A stretch of 62,901 nt of DNA, counting the filler, from Bigelowiella natans CCMP2755 (lineage: Eukaryota > Protista > Cercozoa), in assembly GCA_000320545.1 (NCBI GenBank). It is 9 parts of 9 records of this genome, joined end to end, with 100 filler letters (N's around TTAATTAATTAA, not from the genome) between each part and the next. Parts side by side here need not be neighbours in the genome. Positions count along the whole stretch, not along the records: positions 2,256 to 14,830 come from ADNK01000367.1; positions 14,931 to 31,239 come from ADNK01002984.1; 7 more parts are not named here. One strand, 5' to 3'. The translations under genes and the position numbers were made by a program. Shown here one piece after another: positions 12,664 through 25,286 of the stretch. A model generated the notes under the pieces. The model worked only from the letters and a program-made list of their open reading frames with translations. It was not told the origin of the DNA and did not search any database. Positions within the stretch are counted from its first letter, which is position 1. Every line of letters begins with the position of its first letter.

Positions 12664-13053
12664 CTACTTTCGTTCGAAGTCCTCCTTGGCTCTCTTCTCC
12701 CTAATGATAAAGTCCATCTTCTCGTTCACCTGTTTAATTGTTTTGATTTTTTATTTTTGGGGAGGGGGGAGAGGACATCTGTGATGATGATACTAAGAAG
12801 TGCTAAATATTCCATCTTGTTCTCATCACCGTCACCACCACCACCACCACCACCACCATCATCATCATCATTGTCATTATCATCCTCATTATCATCCTCA
12901 TTCCCCCCCACCCACCACTATCCTGATCACCACCATCATTCTTATCGTCATCGTCATCACCTCGGCCAGAAGCTTTTGCACAGAACGGTTTATCTTGAGC
13001 CTTTTATACACCATCTCCTGGTCCTTTTGCCATGTGGTGGAGAGGCGTGTGCG

Positions 13054-13085
<32 letters not shown>

Positions 13086-13244
13086 AGAAGAGAATCTTGA
13101 GATTGTGTGTGTGTGCGTGTGCGTGTGTGTGTGTGCGTGCGTCGTTTGACCTGGAATCGTAGACCGCATCGATGATGTCGCCCCGCTTTTGATGTTTGGA
13201 CCAATTTATACCTCCTGAACATGGGCAGTATATATATGTATATA

Positions 13245-13282
<38 letters not shown>

Positions 13283-13295
13283 TTACATCAATAAG

Positions 13296-13330
<35 letters not shown>

Positions 13331-13930
13331 AGAAGTACATATTTATATATGACCACGCGATGTATCATGAGAAACACAATCAGATGTTGCGCATATGTGT
13401 GCGAAACACGCGATGCGGCATGCCCTGTCAGGGACGATGGATGGACAGAGGAACGGGAGGGGGGGGGGGGGCGGGGGGGATGCAGTAGTGACATGTAGTA
13501 TAAGCACCACCAAGCAATCGGGATTCATGCCCCTCCTCGATCTAGATGTGCCAAGAGGGAAGCAAACGGAGGACGGGGGGGGTGGGGGGGTGGGGGCGCT
13601 AAGTGGATAGCATTGACTGTACATGCACTAACAATGCGAACGACGCACACCTTCTCTAAATAACTGAGGAATGTTGGGAGATAGGGAACGCATGAGGAGA
13701 AGGCATCTTCCAGCAATTCCTTGTACGCCTTGAAGTTGCCTGTCCTCTGCAGAGGCGGGCACCGTCACATACGTGAGCGGAGAACGAAGAAGGGAGGGGG
13801 GGGGGGGGTGTATTATGACTACCGAAGTGATCTTCGAGAGCATTTGCATCGTCTGCTCAACCATGCCCCCCCCCAGCAGCTTTTGTGTCTTCTCCACACA
13901 AGAAGAGATCGATCCAACACACAACGCGCG

Positions 13931-13976
<46 letters not shown>

Positions 13977-14079
13977 TAGATCATGAGAAGCAGCATGCCT
14001 TTGGATGATTCTCCAAAACGACCAAACCTTCTTCATTCGGACGACTGCACTGGAATTTAGCCCTGCAAATCATAGAAAC

Positions 14080-14123
<44 letters not shown>

Positions 14124-14129
14124 TTATGC

Positions 14130-14163
<34 letters not shown>

Positions 14164-14608
14164 ATGATGATAATGATGATGAAATGCAGCTCTTATCTTT
14201 CAAACCCGCACCCGCATAAACAGCCGCCGCTCCGTGATAATTCTGAAGCTGAAAGCAGCTCTGGAGGGAGGGAGGGGGGGCAGAGGAGTAGGAGGAGGAG
14301 AATGAGAAGGATTGCAACGAGGATAACATATCCCCTACCCGGCCAATGCGAAGCCATCGACTCAGCATCTGCGCTCTCTTCCGAATATCTCCCTGAGAGC
14401 ATATCGTCTATGCAAAGAGGAGGGGGGGGGGAGGGGGGGCGATCGCATGAGGATGATGACCAAAAATACATCGAGGAGCTACACCTCCTGCACGTAGTAG
14501 ACAAGGGCGTTGAAATCACGCGTCATTGCTACGATGTGTGGCGAGCGCGCATTCCGGTCTTTCTTCGTCCTGAAGAACACAGTCGTAGGGCAATATTCAT
14601 TGTGTGTA

Positions 14609-14645
<37 letters not shown>

Positions 14646-14743
14646 ACGCTTGCTGGTGTGTGAGGGGGGGGAGGATGACTTGTCCGTGTTGTGTCTACTA
14701 CCAGGCAGTCTTCAAAAGATCGCGCGGCGAAATGCATTGATAG
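12664..14743 (-). CDS. RasGEF (CDC25-type) domain protein, 3' part (5' end in the gap at 14831-14930)
   Basis: Exons give YQCISPRDLLKTAW-TKKDRNARSPHIVAMTRDFNALVYYVQE-GDIRKRAQMLSRWLRIGR-SCFQLQNYHGAAAVYA-GLNSSAVVRMKK...RTGNFKAYKELLEDAFSSCVPYLPTFLSYLEK-IEEGHESRLL-GGINWSKHQKRGDII...VNEKMDFIIREKRAKEDFERK*. CDC25 motifs CVPYL and IEEG...INxxK are present. One junction near 13151 needs a 1-nt fix. Confidence 0.85.
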
Positions 14744-14930
14744 CTGAGGGGAGACGATGTATGGCAGTTCCAGACGCACGCACACATACACGCGGATGAA
14801 TTCTTAACATGACTGCATATTCACGGATATNNNNNNNNNNNNNNNNNNNNNNNNNNNNNNNNNNNNNNNNNNNNTTAATTAATTAANNNNNNNNNNNNNN
14901 NNNNNNNNNNNNNNNNNNNNNNNNNNNNNN

Positions 14931-15675
14931 GTTCTCCAAATCCACGTACTCCCCCAGATTTTGAGTACCCATGTGGATGATTATACCCCACCAACCGCAA
15001 ACAGCTTGCCATCACCAATAGCCACCCCCCAAACCCGTCCTCTTAGTCCGCATGTCAGGCAGTTCCTTCCAACCCGCCTCCATGTTCTCCAAATTCAGAT
15101 ACTCCCCCAGATTTTAAGCAATCATCCCGACGATCTTGCCCACCAAGCGCAAACAGCTTGCCATCACCAATAGCCACCCCCAAACTCCCTCCTCTCAGTT
15201 CGCATGTCAGGCAGTTCCTTCCAACCCGCCTCCATGTTCTCCAAATCCAGATACTCCCCAGATTTTAAGCAACCATGTGGACGATTATACCCACCAACCG
15301 CAAACAGCTTGCCATCACCAATAGCCACCCCAAAATAATCCCTCTCAGTCCGCATATCAGGCAGTTCCTTCCAACCCGCCTCCATGTTCTCCAAATCCAC
15401 GTACTCCCCAGATTTTGAGTAACCATGTGGATGATTATACCCACCAACCGCAAACAGCTTGCCATCACCAATGGCCACCCCCAATCTCCTCCTCTCAGTC
15501 CGCATGTCAGGCAGTTCCTTCCAACCCGCCTCCATGTTCTCCAAATCCAGATACTCCCCAGATTTTGAGGAATGATACCCACCATGATGCCCACCAACCG
15601 CAAACAGCTTGCCATCACCGATAGCCACCCCCAACCCCCCCCTCTCAGTCCGCATGTCAGGCAGTTCCTTCCACT
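14931..15675 (-). repeat. Coding tandem array of five ~150-bp kelch units
   Basis: The anchor gcagttccttcc recurs at 15661, 15511, 15361, 15211 and 15059. Confidence 0.95.
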
Positions 15676-16843
15676 CCGAACATTTTAGTCTCCGCTCTGC
15701 TTCTGCTTCACGCACAATCAATTGTTGTATGTCCATCGAATTTTCCACTCTGAGGTCGTCCAGTCTCTGAACGATGTAGGCACTCACGAGCATCTCAGCT
15801 TTGTGAATTCCATTTTTCAACCTGCCCAGAAATCGCTTCTTTTTCATTTCATCTGCGATCAGGTTGTATTTTTCTTTGTCGCTGGTGTGTGCATCATCAT
15901 CATATTTCTTCCTCAGTTGTGCGATATCTCTTTCGGTTGAGTCATACAAAGTTTGAAGTGAATTTGATAACTGAATCTCAGCTTGGGCGATGGCAGTCAG
16001 CTTTGTTTCATGACCATACTTTCGCAACGTGCGAACGCTCTCTCCTGTGAAAGATATCCCATCAATGGTTGCGCTTTTGTTGCCTAATTGGGACATAACC
16101 GAGATTTTCCCATCGTTGAATTTGTATCTTAGCACAAATTTTGTATCTGTCTGCTTGAAGGCATATTGCTCTGTTGTTAGTGTGTAAGCGATTTTGCAAT
16201 TCTTTTTGCCGTTCAAAATGTTCTGAGCATCTCTCATCCTGCCACAAATGCTCCGCCCTTCCAACACGTCGGTGATTTCCGTGATTTTCTTGCGATGTTT
16301 GTCCAAAACGTCTCGCTGGAGCATGATTTCACGGATCAAATCTCGCTCTTCGCATTCACTGTCCAGTCCTTCGCCACCCCCTTCATCCCGGTCTCCACCG
16401 ACAATTGCCTCTTCCAATGTCTTCAATCTAGCTTCACATACGGATGCATCTTCCTTTCGCTTCTTCAACTCTAGTTCTAAATTTCCTCTCCAATATTTCA
16501 CACAATTCCTCAATTGCTTCAACTTTGTCCTCAGGTTCTTAAACTCGTTGCTGGTTTGATTGCCAGAAACGATGAAAGTCGCAGCTTGTCCGCAGTTTGT
16601 CGGTTCTTTGACGTCACTGTTGCTCGTTGCTACGAGTACCGACGCCTTCTTTCGCCTCTTCCTTTGTCTGCCATCTTGAACACTGACTGTCCAGTCCTTT
16701 GTTCCCAAGAACTGTGACACAGAAATAGTCCTTCCTGCAGGAGCTGCTTCTTTGCATGATTGCATTTGTTGCACGCAGCGTGGCCAGTCGAATCGATTGC
16801 GTGCATCAAGTGAGCTCTTATGTCCGAAGAGAAGAAAATCCAA
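14931..16843 (-). CDS. Intronless coiled-coil + kelch-repeat protein (5 blades visible, runs into the gap)
   Basis: 559-aa ORF at 15164-16843. Kelch units (GG...Y...W pattern) of 50 aa continue down to 14931 through +1 slips in C-runs, which are probably errors near the contig end. The N-terminal half has heptad-rich stretches and no recognisable BTB or F-box domain. Confidence 0.85.
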
Positions 16844-17038
16844 AACGACTTAACAAGATCTGCCAACTTTCTTGTCGTAGAACAAAAAAAAGGCGATAAC
16901 ACCAAAGGAACATTGCGATTTTATAGCTGCGACAAAGAGGAATTCACACGTGTTGCCCGAGGTTCCTCTGCACCACATCTCCTGCTCATGGGGGGAGCGC
17001 TGAGGACTCTCCTCCTCCACTGACTGCCCAACAGAGAG

Positions 17039-18068
17039 ATGACCACAACATGCTCCTCCGCCTTTTCTCCGTCCTTCCTGTCAATCTCGCGGGCCGGCCA
17101 GCGCTGCAAAACTTTGAAGCCCGCAAAGGCGGCGCTGCTGACCCTTTGTGTTGCCACAACTGCACCACAGCTCTTCGCGGCAGTAGGGCATGCTTCGAGG
17201 AACTGCCATGAACGCCATCACCACCACTATCACAAACATAATCGGTTGGAGCAGCACCGGGCATTAGAGGCAGGATACGAAAGAGGAGGCCGACGGAAGA
17301 TTTGGCATTTCTTTCGTCCTGTCGGAGCAGTGAAAATCCCATTCTCTTCCCAGAACACACGGGGGGACAGCAATAAGGGAAGCTCATTTCGTGCTGCAAT
17401 ACCTCGATTATCACGACACTCTACAAACGGAATACAGAGAGTTGTAACGCTCTCCTCCTCTCGGTGCTCCTTAAGGGGGGGGTCACGGGTCGAGAATGGA
17501 GGCGGTGGTAACCGATACATGTCAAGCGATGCGGAAGAACCAAGGCCGCCACCACCATCGTCGTCGGGCAACAGATCGTCTAGCCCTACGACATACAAGG
17601 CTGCTGAGACAACAGTATTCCACATGGAGAAACAATCCCCACCGAAACGACAACGAAGATCCTCAGCTAAACAGGCAAAGACGGCACCAGCATCCTCACC
17701 AGTATCTCCGAATAACCGCAAGACGCAAACAGGAGCATCATCGGGGATGGGGGAAGTTGCGGGATCAGTGAGGAGGGCATCAAAGTCGTCCGGAAAATCG
17801 TCGTCATCATCATCATCATCATCATCATCATCGTCATCAGCAGCATCATCCACCAGAAATCGGAAAGATGAAAGAAGCACAATTGTAAGAGATGAGACCC
17901 CGACACCTCAACGCCTACTGCAATATCATTCTTCCTCCTCTTCTTCATATGATAATAGCCATCAAGAAGAGAAAGAAGTCCTGAAGATTATAAGCTGGAA
18001 TGTGGCGGGCCTCAGATCCTTCTTCAACAAACCTGAGAAGCTGAGAGCACTGAAGAGCTTGGTTCAGG

Positions 18069-18101
<33 letters not shown>

Positions 18102-20178
18102 TGTGGCATCTATATATAACTACTCTTTACTGCGACTACTACTACATTACTACTGTTTACATTACTGCTGTTGCTTATATACACGGTGACGTCACCTGAT
18201 CTCTTTCTCTCTCTGTCTCCCTCTCTCACATCTTCTCTATCTACTGCTGTAGACGAGCGCCCTGATGTTCTTTGCCTACAAGAAACGAAGCTGCAGGAGA
18301 TCCATGTGCAGGATGTTGCCCTCAAAATGAAGAAGGAAATAGGTGAGCTGATGTCATTTGCTGCAAGTCGGAGCTGCTATTTGCACCGTAGATTCTCTAT
18401 GTACGGAATAAAACCATTATCATTCTCGCTCTCTCTCTCCCTCCCTCCCTCCCTCCCTCTCCCTCTCTTGCCATTGGTTGCGGTTGGTCGTGGTGAAACC
18501 TACTGTGTGTTGATCCCTCCCTACTACAGGAATGGAAGGCATCTGGTCATGCTCGAAAGCTAGGAAGGGCTACTCGGGTGGGACAAAATCAAACACATCG
18601 CCGCAGCCAGCGGAGAAAACCGATAAGCCATACTAGCACTTGACCCGTGAGCGTAATAGTAGCTACCCCGTGGCGAGTCGAGATATGATGTCACATTGCG
18701 GCGTGTAGTCTGCTCTCTTCGATATCATTGAATGCCCACATCGACTAACATAACGACCGCAGGAACAGCCATTTTGCTTCCGAGCACCGCTGACAGAATA
18801 GCGAGCGAGACGGTGCTAGGTGCGGCTGAGCTTCAATCCGGGGAGCATCTGGAGAAATTGCCACTGGGGCTCAACCGGCCGATCTTAAGTGAGGAACTGG
18901 GTCCGGGAGAGGCTGAGGGCGAGGGCCGCATCGTTACCGCACAGTTTGGGTAAAATCAAAATGCCATATCTTCCCAGGAAGTTGGAGGAGGAAACGTATC
19001 CAACTGGCTTTAAATTCGATTTCAACTAGTCTGAGAGTGTAATCGCGCAACGACAGCTTCAAGATAGTCATCGCTGCAAAGTTGGTATGTTTGTCTTACG
19101 TCCTGTGCTCCTCCCCCTCCCCCCCAGATCCGAGCTGAAGCTGGTAAATGTTTACGTTCCAAACGCCGGTGACGGGCTCAAGCGACTTGACTTCCGCATA
19201 AATGGGTGGGAAAGCTGGATCCGCAATTCCTACATGAAACGAGACAAGAACTCGACGAGTAATACTCTGTGCATCATTTGGCTCATTACTATCGCTACCG
19301 TCAAGATGCGCTTTTTGCTTATTTACCATCGTATCTGTGAAAATATTCCCTATTTCTCCAAATTGTACCACCGAACGATCACCAGAGATGCGCGTACTCC
19401 CTCATCCCATTCTACGTCTTAACTCTTTGCAGCTGGTAGTGGTGATGGCGGCTCAGGCGAAAGCCCTCCAATGGTTTTGTGCGGTACTTATTTTGAAACG
19501 TTTCCGCCATTTGCCCATCACTCCTGCCCACGACCCCCTTTAAGTGTAACGTGTAATTATGATATCGTTAGGGGACTTGAACGTCGCACACCTGGACAAG
19601 GATTTCTTCTGTCCTGAGAATAAAGACTACGAAAAACTGCCGGGAACTACACCACAGGTCGACATGTAGATCACTAAGTAGTGACGCGGGAACATGTATA
19701 GCGACGAAGTGACGATGCTTACCTCTTGCAGAATTGACCGAGCCAAACGCATGATATGAGAGATATTCGATGTACCGTGTGAACTAATTGATGTCGCTGG
19801 GCTCCTTTGGACTGGCCCGGCGCAATTAATTATCTTCAGGAAAGAGAGACTTTCGGCCGACTTCTCTCCGAACGTGGCATGGTGGATACATTCCGTGCAT
19901 TTCATCCAAATGCATCTGGCGTCTATTCATATTGGTCTCAGAGAGCCAGAAATCGCCAGTGGAACCGAGGGCTTCGGCTCGATTACTTCGTCGCTGATAA
20001 AGTATTGATGGAGGCCGATTCCCACTCCAATGATGACAATGGGAGGAGCGAGAAGGACGAAGGATACCGCGGCAGCTTGTTTGTCTTGGACAGCCGTGTC
20101 CTGGACACCTCGACTATAGGGGTCAGCGATCACGCACCAGTGGCACTTCTTCTCGGCAGACAACGGCGACGACAATAG
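17039..20178 (+). CDS. APE1: AP endonuclease / exodeoxyribonuclease III (APE1/ARP-like) with a long N-terminal extension
   Basis: Motifs in order: KIISWNVAGLR, PDVLCLQETK, KGYSG-TAIL, EGRIVTAQF, LVNVYVPNAG, GDLNVAH, MVDTFRAFHP, YSYWSQRARNRQWNRGLRLDYF, SDHAPV. About 9 exons. Confidence 0.93.
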
Positions 20179-20486
20179 TGACAGACATCGCATGCAGTTG
20201 AAGCAATGAATAGACAACTAAGGTTCTAAACATGTTAGGAAGTCGGTAAAAATAGCGCAGGAGGAACAAAATTCAACCGCATGTACTCAGCTAGGTAGCA
20301 TTTATAGATTTACTATAAGCCAAGCTACACAACATCAACATCGCCTCATGATATAACGTGCGCGTGCGTAGACTACAACATGTGCCTCTGCCAAAATCAA
20401 CAAGGCGGCGTCTACAACCACATGAGACACTACATGCTGTGTGCAACAGTGCGCGCATGTGAGGGCCATGTGCACTGCGACGTGCA

Positions 20487-20609
20487 TGATTTCGTCTAAA
20501 GCTATTAATACAGCTTGTGTCCATGATGAAGATTGATGCATGTGTGTCTGATTTCGTCTAAAGCTATTAATACAGCTTGTGTCCATGATGAAGATTGATG
20601 CATGTGTGT
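20487..20609. repeat. Perfect tandem duplication, 2 x 62 bp, in an intergenic spacer
   Basis: tgatttcgtctaaagctattaatacagcttgtgtccatgatgaagattgatgcatgtgtgt occurs at 20487 and 20549. Confidence 0.95.
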
Positions 20610-21660
20610 TATGTGGTAGATGCACGCTAGCACGCTAGCACGTCTAGACGTGCAGAGTGGCACATCCGGCAGACAAGTCATGCATGATCACAGTTTGCTA
20701 GTCAAGCTCCAGAGCTGGATCCTCCACACACGCTAGCACGCACCCACATCTCTATGTAGCGTACGCTTGCTAGCTTGCGTTGCGATCTAGCGATTAACTG
20801 ACGTACGCCCATTCCTAGCATTCGTCTAGCAATGCATCATATAATCAAAGACTCAAAGACATGACGCCTGCAATGCTGATAATGCACTGACAGCCTTACC
20901 TAGCTACATCACGCGAAGCTAATGTGCTTATATGTGTCAGGCTATGTAATATGAATGGTCTCAGTGCGTACGTACCTGTAGCAATCTAGCAATTGATGCC
21001 CTACGATACCAGCCTACTACACATACGCCATGAAATAGTGCTATGCGCGTCGATCATTCGGGCATCATTAATGAATCGAGAATTGCTAGATTGCATGGAT
21101 GCTAAATTTTTCGATGTAGATACGTCTGACGTATATGCGTGATTACGCGCACCTTCCTTAATAAACAATCGTTGACTATATGATACTCCGCCTCCTTTGG
21201 GCTGCAAAACGCATGATTATACGCAGGGGGCGGGGGGGGAGAAGAATGCGAGCAAGCTGAGCATCGCACAGAATAGTGATAGGCAAAACGAGCAAGCGCG
21301 TGCTGTCTCAACTCTAGCAACTGTCATCAAGTTCTAGATTTTTGCTCTGTATACGCGCGATGTGCACTGATATGTCCAATGCAACGTTCTTAAATGTATA
21401 TGATAAGCAAAGCTAACCTAAAAGACGTGTTAATGCAGCAAAGATTATTTCCCTGCACACACGCTACGACATTCAACTACCTACTATTTCACTTGCTCTA
21501 TGATAATAATCATCACGTGTTACTCATGTGATATGTACGGAACATAGACGTAAACATGAATTGGCCCCAGCCGTTTTTGCTTGGGTTACGTTTAACACTA
21601 GTTCATTCCTCTGTTATGGCGTCCATCAGCGATGCTACAGTGGACAAATGCTTTTGCAAG

Positions 21661-22832
21661 TCAGCCTGAATAATATAAGACGTTAATATTTCTCTGCTTC
21701 AGAACCGATGCTCTCCCAAGCATTTTTGGATATAAATGAATGTATGCTTTAATTTGACCGACTCGCTGTGGGGGGGTGTATCTATCTACCTTCATCTTCC
21801 GCTTTTGGGAAGCAGTCATCTTCTCCAATGCGCTAGAATCTAATCGTTTTCCTCCACATATTATGCTTAGGTCAGGACCAGTGATATTTTCCTGTAGATA
21901 TGGCACAATCAAATTATTCTCCACAAGATAAAGCTAGATTGCGAGCTGTCAAAGATTCGGGGACCTTGTTGGAATCGTTTTCGTCATTTATGTCGATATC
22001 TCTAGAGTGTGTGCGCTTCTTCTTACGCTCTGTACGCTGTCGCTTTGATGTGGTTGCTCTTGTTCGGCGGCCAGTTTGTCGAATCATTGGGGTTGCATCC
22101 TGAAGATAAGTAGAAAGTACAATCCAGAACGAAGGTATTGTCATCATGATGTAATAATACGACGTGCGTATATGTTCTCATGTTTGTTTGTGGTGATTCA
22201 AATGGCTGTTATCAACACCCTAGCTGTCCTTGAAGCTCTTTTATTTGCGATCCGTGCGCTACGTCGTGTTGGTTTCCTAGATGAACGAAGGTTATATCGA
22301 CTCCTAGCTTTGTTTGCTGCATCCTAATTTGTGAGGTATTCCATCAGAGAAGAGCTTTGCAGACCACAACGAAAGGGAAGATGCCAAAAAGCACCACCCC
22401 CCTATTTTATCATGAAAACACATATCGGTACCTTTGCGCTAGAACGTAATCGGGGAGTCGCAGCCACCCATTCTGCTAGTTCTTTCTGCATTTTCCGGGA
22501 CTCTGAGGTAAGTACGTTTGCCATCTCCCCTTGGTACTTTTCGGAGAACTTTTTGAGGGTCATATTTCTGATGTCTGGCGGGATTTTGTTCAGCTGAAAC
22601 TGGAATTTCCGCCGGATCCGGTTTGCAATGGCTTTGGTATTGCTCCTCATCTCCAAGCAGCGGCTGTCCACTTTACATGTTGAATGAAAAGGATTACACC
22701 CTCTTGTTCTTTATCTTTATTCATAGCTACGTATATAAGAGATGAAGAGGAAAGGGAAGGGAAGATGTGTGTACAGGAGCATAATTTTTCACCTTCAGCC
22801 TTAAAATCCTCGATGTACGTCTCGAATTCCAT
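21661..22832 (-). CDS. Borealin/Nbl1-like chromosomal passenger complex subunit (3' end uncertain)
   Basis: MEFETYIEDFKAE-VDSRCLEMRSNTKAIANRIRRKFQFQLNKIPPDIRNMTLKKFSEKYQG matches the Borealin N-terminal pattern (DFxxEVxxR...ELxxLPxxxRxMxxxxF). It is followed by basic, low-complexity exons containing TP sites. Confidence 0.6.
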
Positions 22833-23080
22833 TCTCAGTAAATGAGGGGGAGGACAGCAAATGAAATATGTATCCCAGATTGATATTTGCATAGAGAATA
22901 TTTTTGAAACAGGGGGTTTTTGATCTGTGTGACTCTCAAACTCCATAAACCGAGTAAAATATCCCCCATTTAGAATAATATTGAGCATGATTCCTTTACT
23001 TGAAAATACTTAAATGCTAGCTTATCCGTTGACAGACTCCAATTCACAAGTCTTTCGATACTCGTAGGGAATATTTTATC

Positions 23081-23166
23081 TGCGACATGATATTTTCGAA
23101 GTATTCCATAAATTAAGGGACCAACTCGTAGGTTCGAACAATCATGGGGATTAGGGCTTGCGACAA
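23081..23166. promoter_or_regulatory. Divergent-promoter motif TGCGACA, two copies (Borealin-like / ankyrin)
   Basis: TGCGACA at 23081-23087 and TTGCGACAA at 23158-23166. The same motif occurs in other head-to-head intervals. Function is inferred. Confidence 0.5.
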
Positions 23167-23461
23167 CCCGTTTTTTCAGCCTTCATCTAGTTCAGTGGAA
23201 ACTGAAAACGTAACCGGTCCCTCCCCCTTCTGCATTCTTAACGCTGAAACCTGGTCCTGGGGACAGGTTAAAAAAATAGGAGAATGAGGAAGTCATCAGG
23301 ATCATTCAGCGGCCCTAGGAAAATGTAGAAAACCATTCGTAGTAATAAACTAGGAGGCACAATTTCGAGCGATATGTCTCACAGTAAACTCGAACCAGCG
23401 ATTATGATGAACACCCGTATGATCAGTTTTTTTGAGAATCTGTTACTCATCTAGACCCGCC

Positions 23462-24813
23462 ATGTCGAAGGACCTTTCTAGTTCGTTCTCCAAAACGAGG
23501 ATGGATATGAGTGTTCAAGACGAAAAACTTCAAAACATCTTCCGGTTCGCGAAGCTGGCCGAATCACGTCGGGAGTCTCTGGTAGTTAATCCTTCGGACA
23601 AAAAATCTGCTGGAATCGCTTTTTAAAAAAATCCCATATCATAAACAGGGTCAAAGTCCGTTTAGCATTGGACTGGCAACGTGTGTGTCACGGGTCAATA
23701 CCACAGTCAAAAACAAACCTGCAGCTTTCTAGAACTGCTCCCAGTTTCGGTGATTGCTCTCACTGACGCTTCACTGTTTATAGGGAAGAGAGGATGAAGC
23801 TTTAGACATGCTATGCGCCCTTCCAGAGGACGACTACGTAGATGCTGTGAACGAAGTAGATCGAAATGGGAGCGGCATGTAAGATCCGTTTGTCCTCATT
23901 CCCTCAAAACACCTTTTCCTTTACAGTTTAGAGTTGATCTCCTTCGTTCAAAATCTTCTTTTTTGGGTTACTTTCCACATTGACTTATATAACGAGCTTC
24001 GTATCCTGTCTAACCATGCGGCAGATTACATGCCGTTGCCTGGCATGACCGCCGGAAGGTTTGCAGACGAATTCTGGAAATGAGGGCGGATCCAAATCTG
24101 CGTAACATTCGGCGAAATACACCTCTCCACCTTGCATGTGAAAAGGGCAACAAAGCATGTAACGATTTCCCCTGAATAATGCCGTGTTTATATATTTAGT
24201 GCTCAATATCATAACATGCTCAAACCTACAATCTCAAGTCTTTTTTTCTTTTATGTTCAGTGTGCACGTTGTTAATACAGCACGGGGCAGATCTGGGACT
24301 CAAAGATCTCGAGGGATTGACTCCTATCGATAAGATAGCTAGTGAGAAGGAGCGCAAAAAAGAGAGCAAACGACTATATCAGATGCAAGAGGCATGGAAG
24401 GACGCGATATTGGATAAGGTTTCGCATAGCTTATTAACTTCGCAAGCAACACAAACGATTTCACGTTCTCATCCGCCTCTGGTTCATGGTGTGTCGGCGA
24501 AATAGATGCTATCGACGAAATTGAAACCAGACCTAAAGAAAGAGTTGCTAGAAGTCTTCAGCTTCATGGACGAAGGTAAGAGCCAAATATAGCATTTAAG
24601 TATCTGCGTCAAAGTAGCTATCGCAAAATTGTTTGAATCATATATAAGTGTTCCTGGTATCATCGTGTGATGATTATCTACTACCCCTCAGAAATTGATG
24701 GAAGAAAGGACGATGCAATCAACGTCGAGACAATCGACAGTTATCTCAGAATGGATTTCGGCATAGCACAGTAAGAACATAGTGTAGTGGCAGTCTCCAC
24801 GGTGTACTCAAAC

Positions 24814-24889
<76 letters not shown>

Positions 24890-25286
24890 TGTGTGTGTGT
24901 GTGTGTGTATGCGTACGTATTTTCTAGCAAGGGTGTAGACCTGGATGCGAAAGAGCTTCAAGAATTCTATGAAAGCCTCGTTGGAAACAACCATGAATAC
25001 CTCCGAGCCACAAGTACGTGTTCAATCGCTCAAGCAAATATTACCTTATATCATTTGGGAATTCTGCTTACTAACAGCCAAATATGAGTTCGGTCATCTT
25101 GGATGCGAAGTCGATGTATGTCATAAATTCTCCATTTCAGGTTTCATCAAAGCTGTCCTGGCAGCTAACATAAAGGAAGTTAACGAAGTCGTAGAGGTGC
25201 CTCCCGCAAAAAAGGGAAGCATTTCGTTATTAGACGCTGAATCCAAACAGGATTTAAGCTTACAGCATAGCCCAACTTCTGGATGA
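23462..25286 (+). CDS. Ankyrin-repeat protein with a C-terminal EF-hand-like region
   Basis: Exons give LHAVAWHDRRKVCRRILEMRADPNLRNIRRNTPLHLACEKGNKA-CTLLIQHGADLGLKDLEGLTPID (ankyrin). Then LKKELLEVFSFMDE-IDGRKDDAINVETIDSYL...ELQEFYESL...FIKAVL (degenerate EF-hand spacing). Stop at 25286. Confidence 0.78.

Noticed and set aside
13151-13165. Frame mismatch at a RasGEF exon end (GATTCCAG; one more T gives D-F-Q in frame)
   Set aside because: A single-base homopolymer error or a weak upstream donor explains it, and the gene is otherwise intact.
14950-15185. About five +1 frameshifts in kelch units 4-5 (pseudogene, phase variation or programmed slippage)
   Set aside because: All are single extra bases in C/G homopolymers within 250 bp of a contig end and accumulate toward it, which is typical of read error. 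Raw reads are needed before invoking biology.
14931-15675. Repeat-spacer-like periodicity suggesting a CRISPR array
   Set aside because: The units are in-frame coding kelch blades with homologous variable parts, there are no cas genes, and the context is eukaryotic.
23118-23135. GGTTCGAA, resembling a tRNA B-box
   Set aside because: There is no A-box, acceptor stem or cloverleaf around it.
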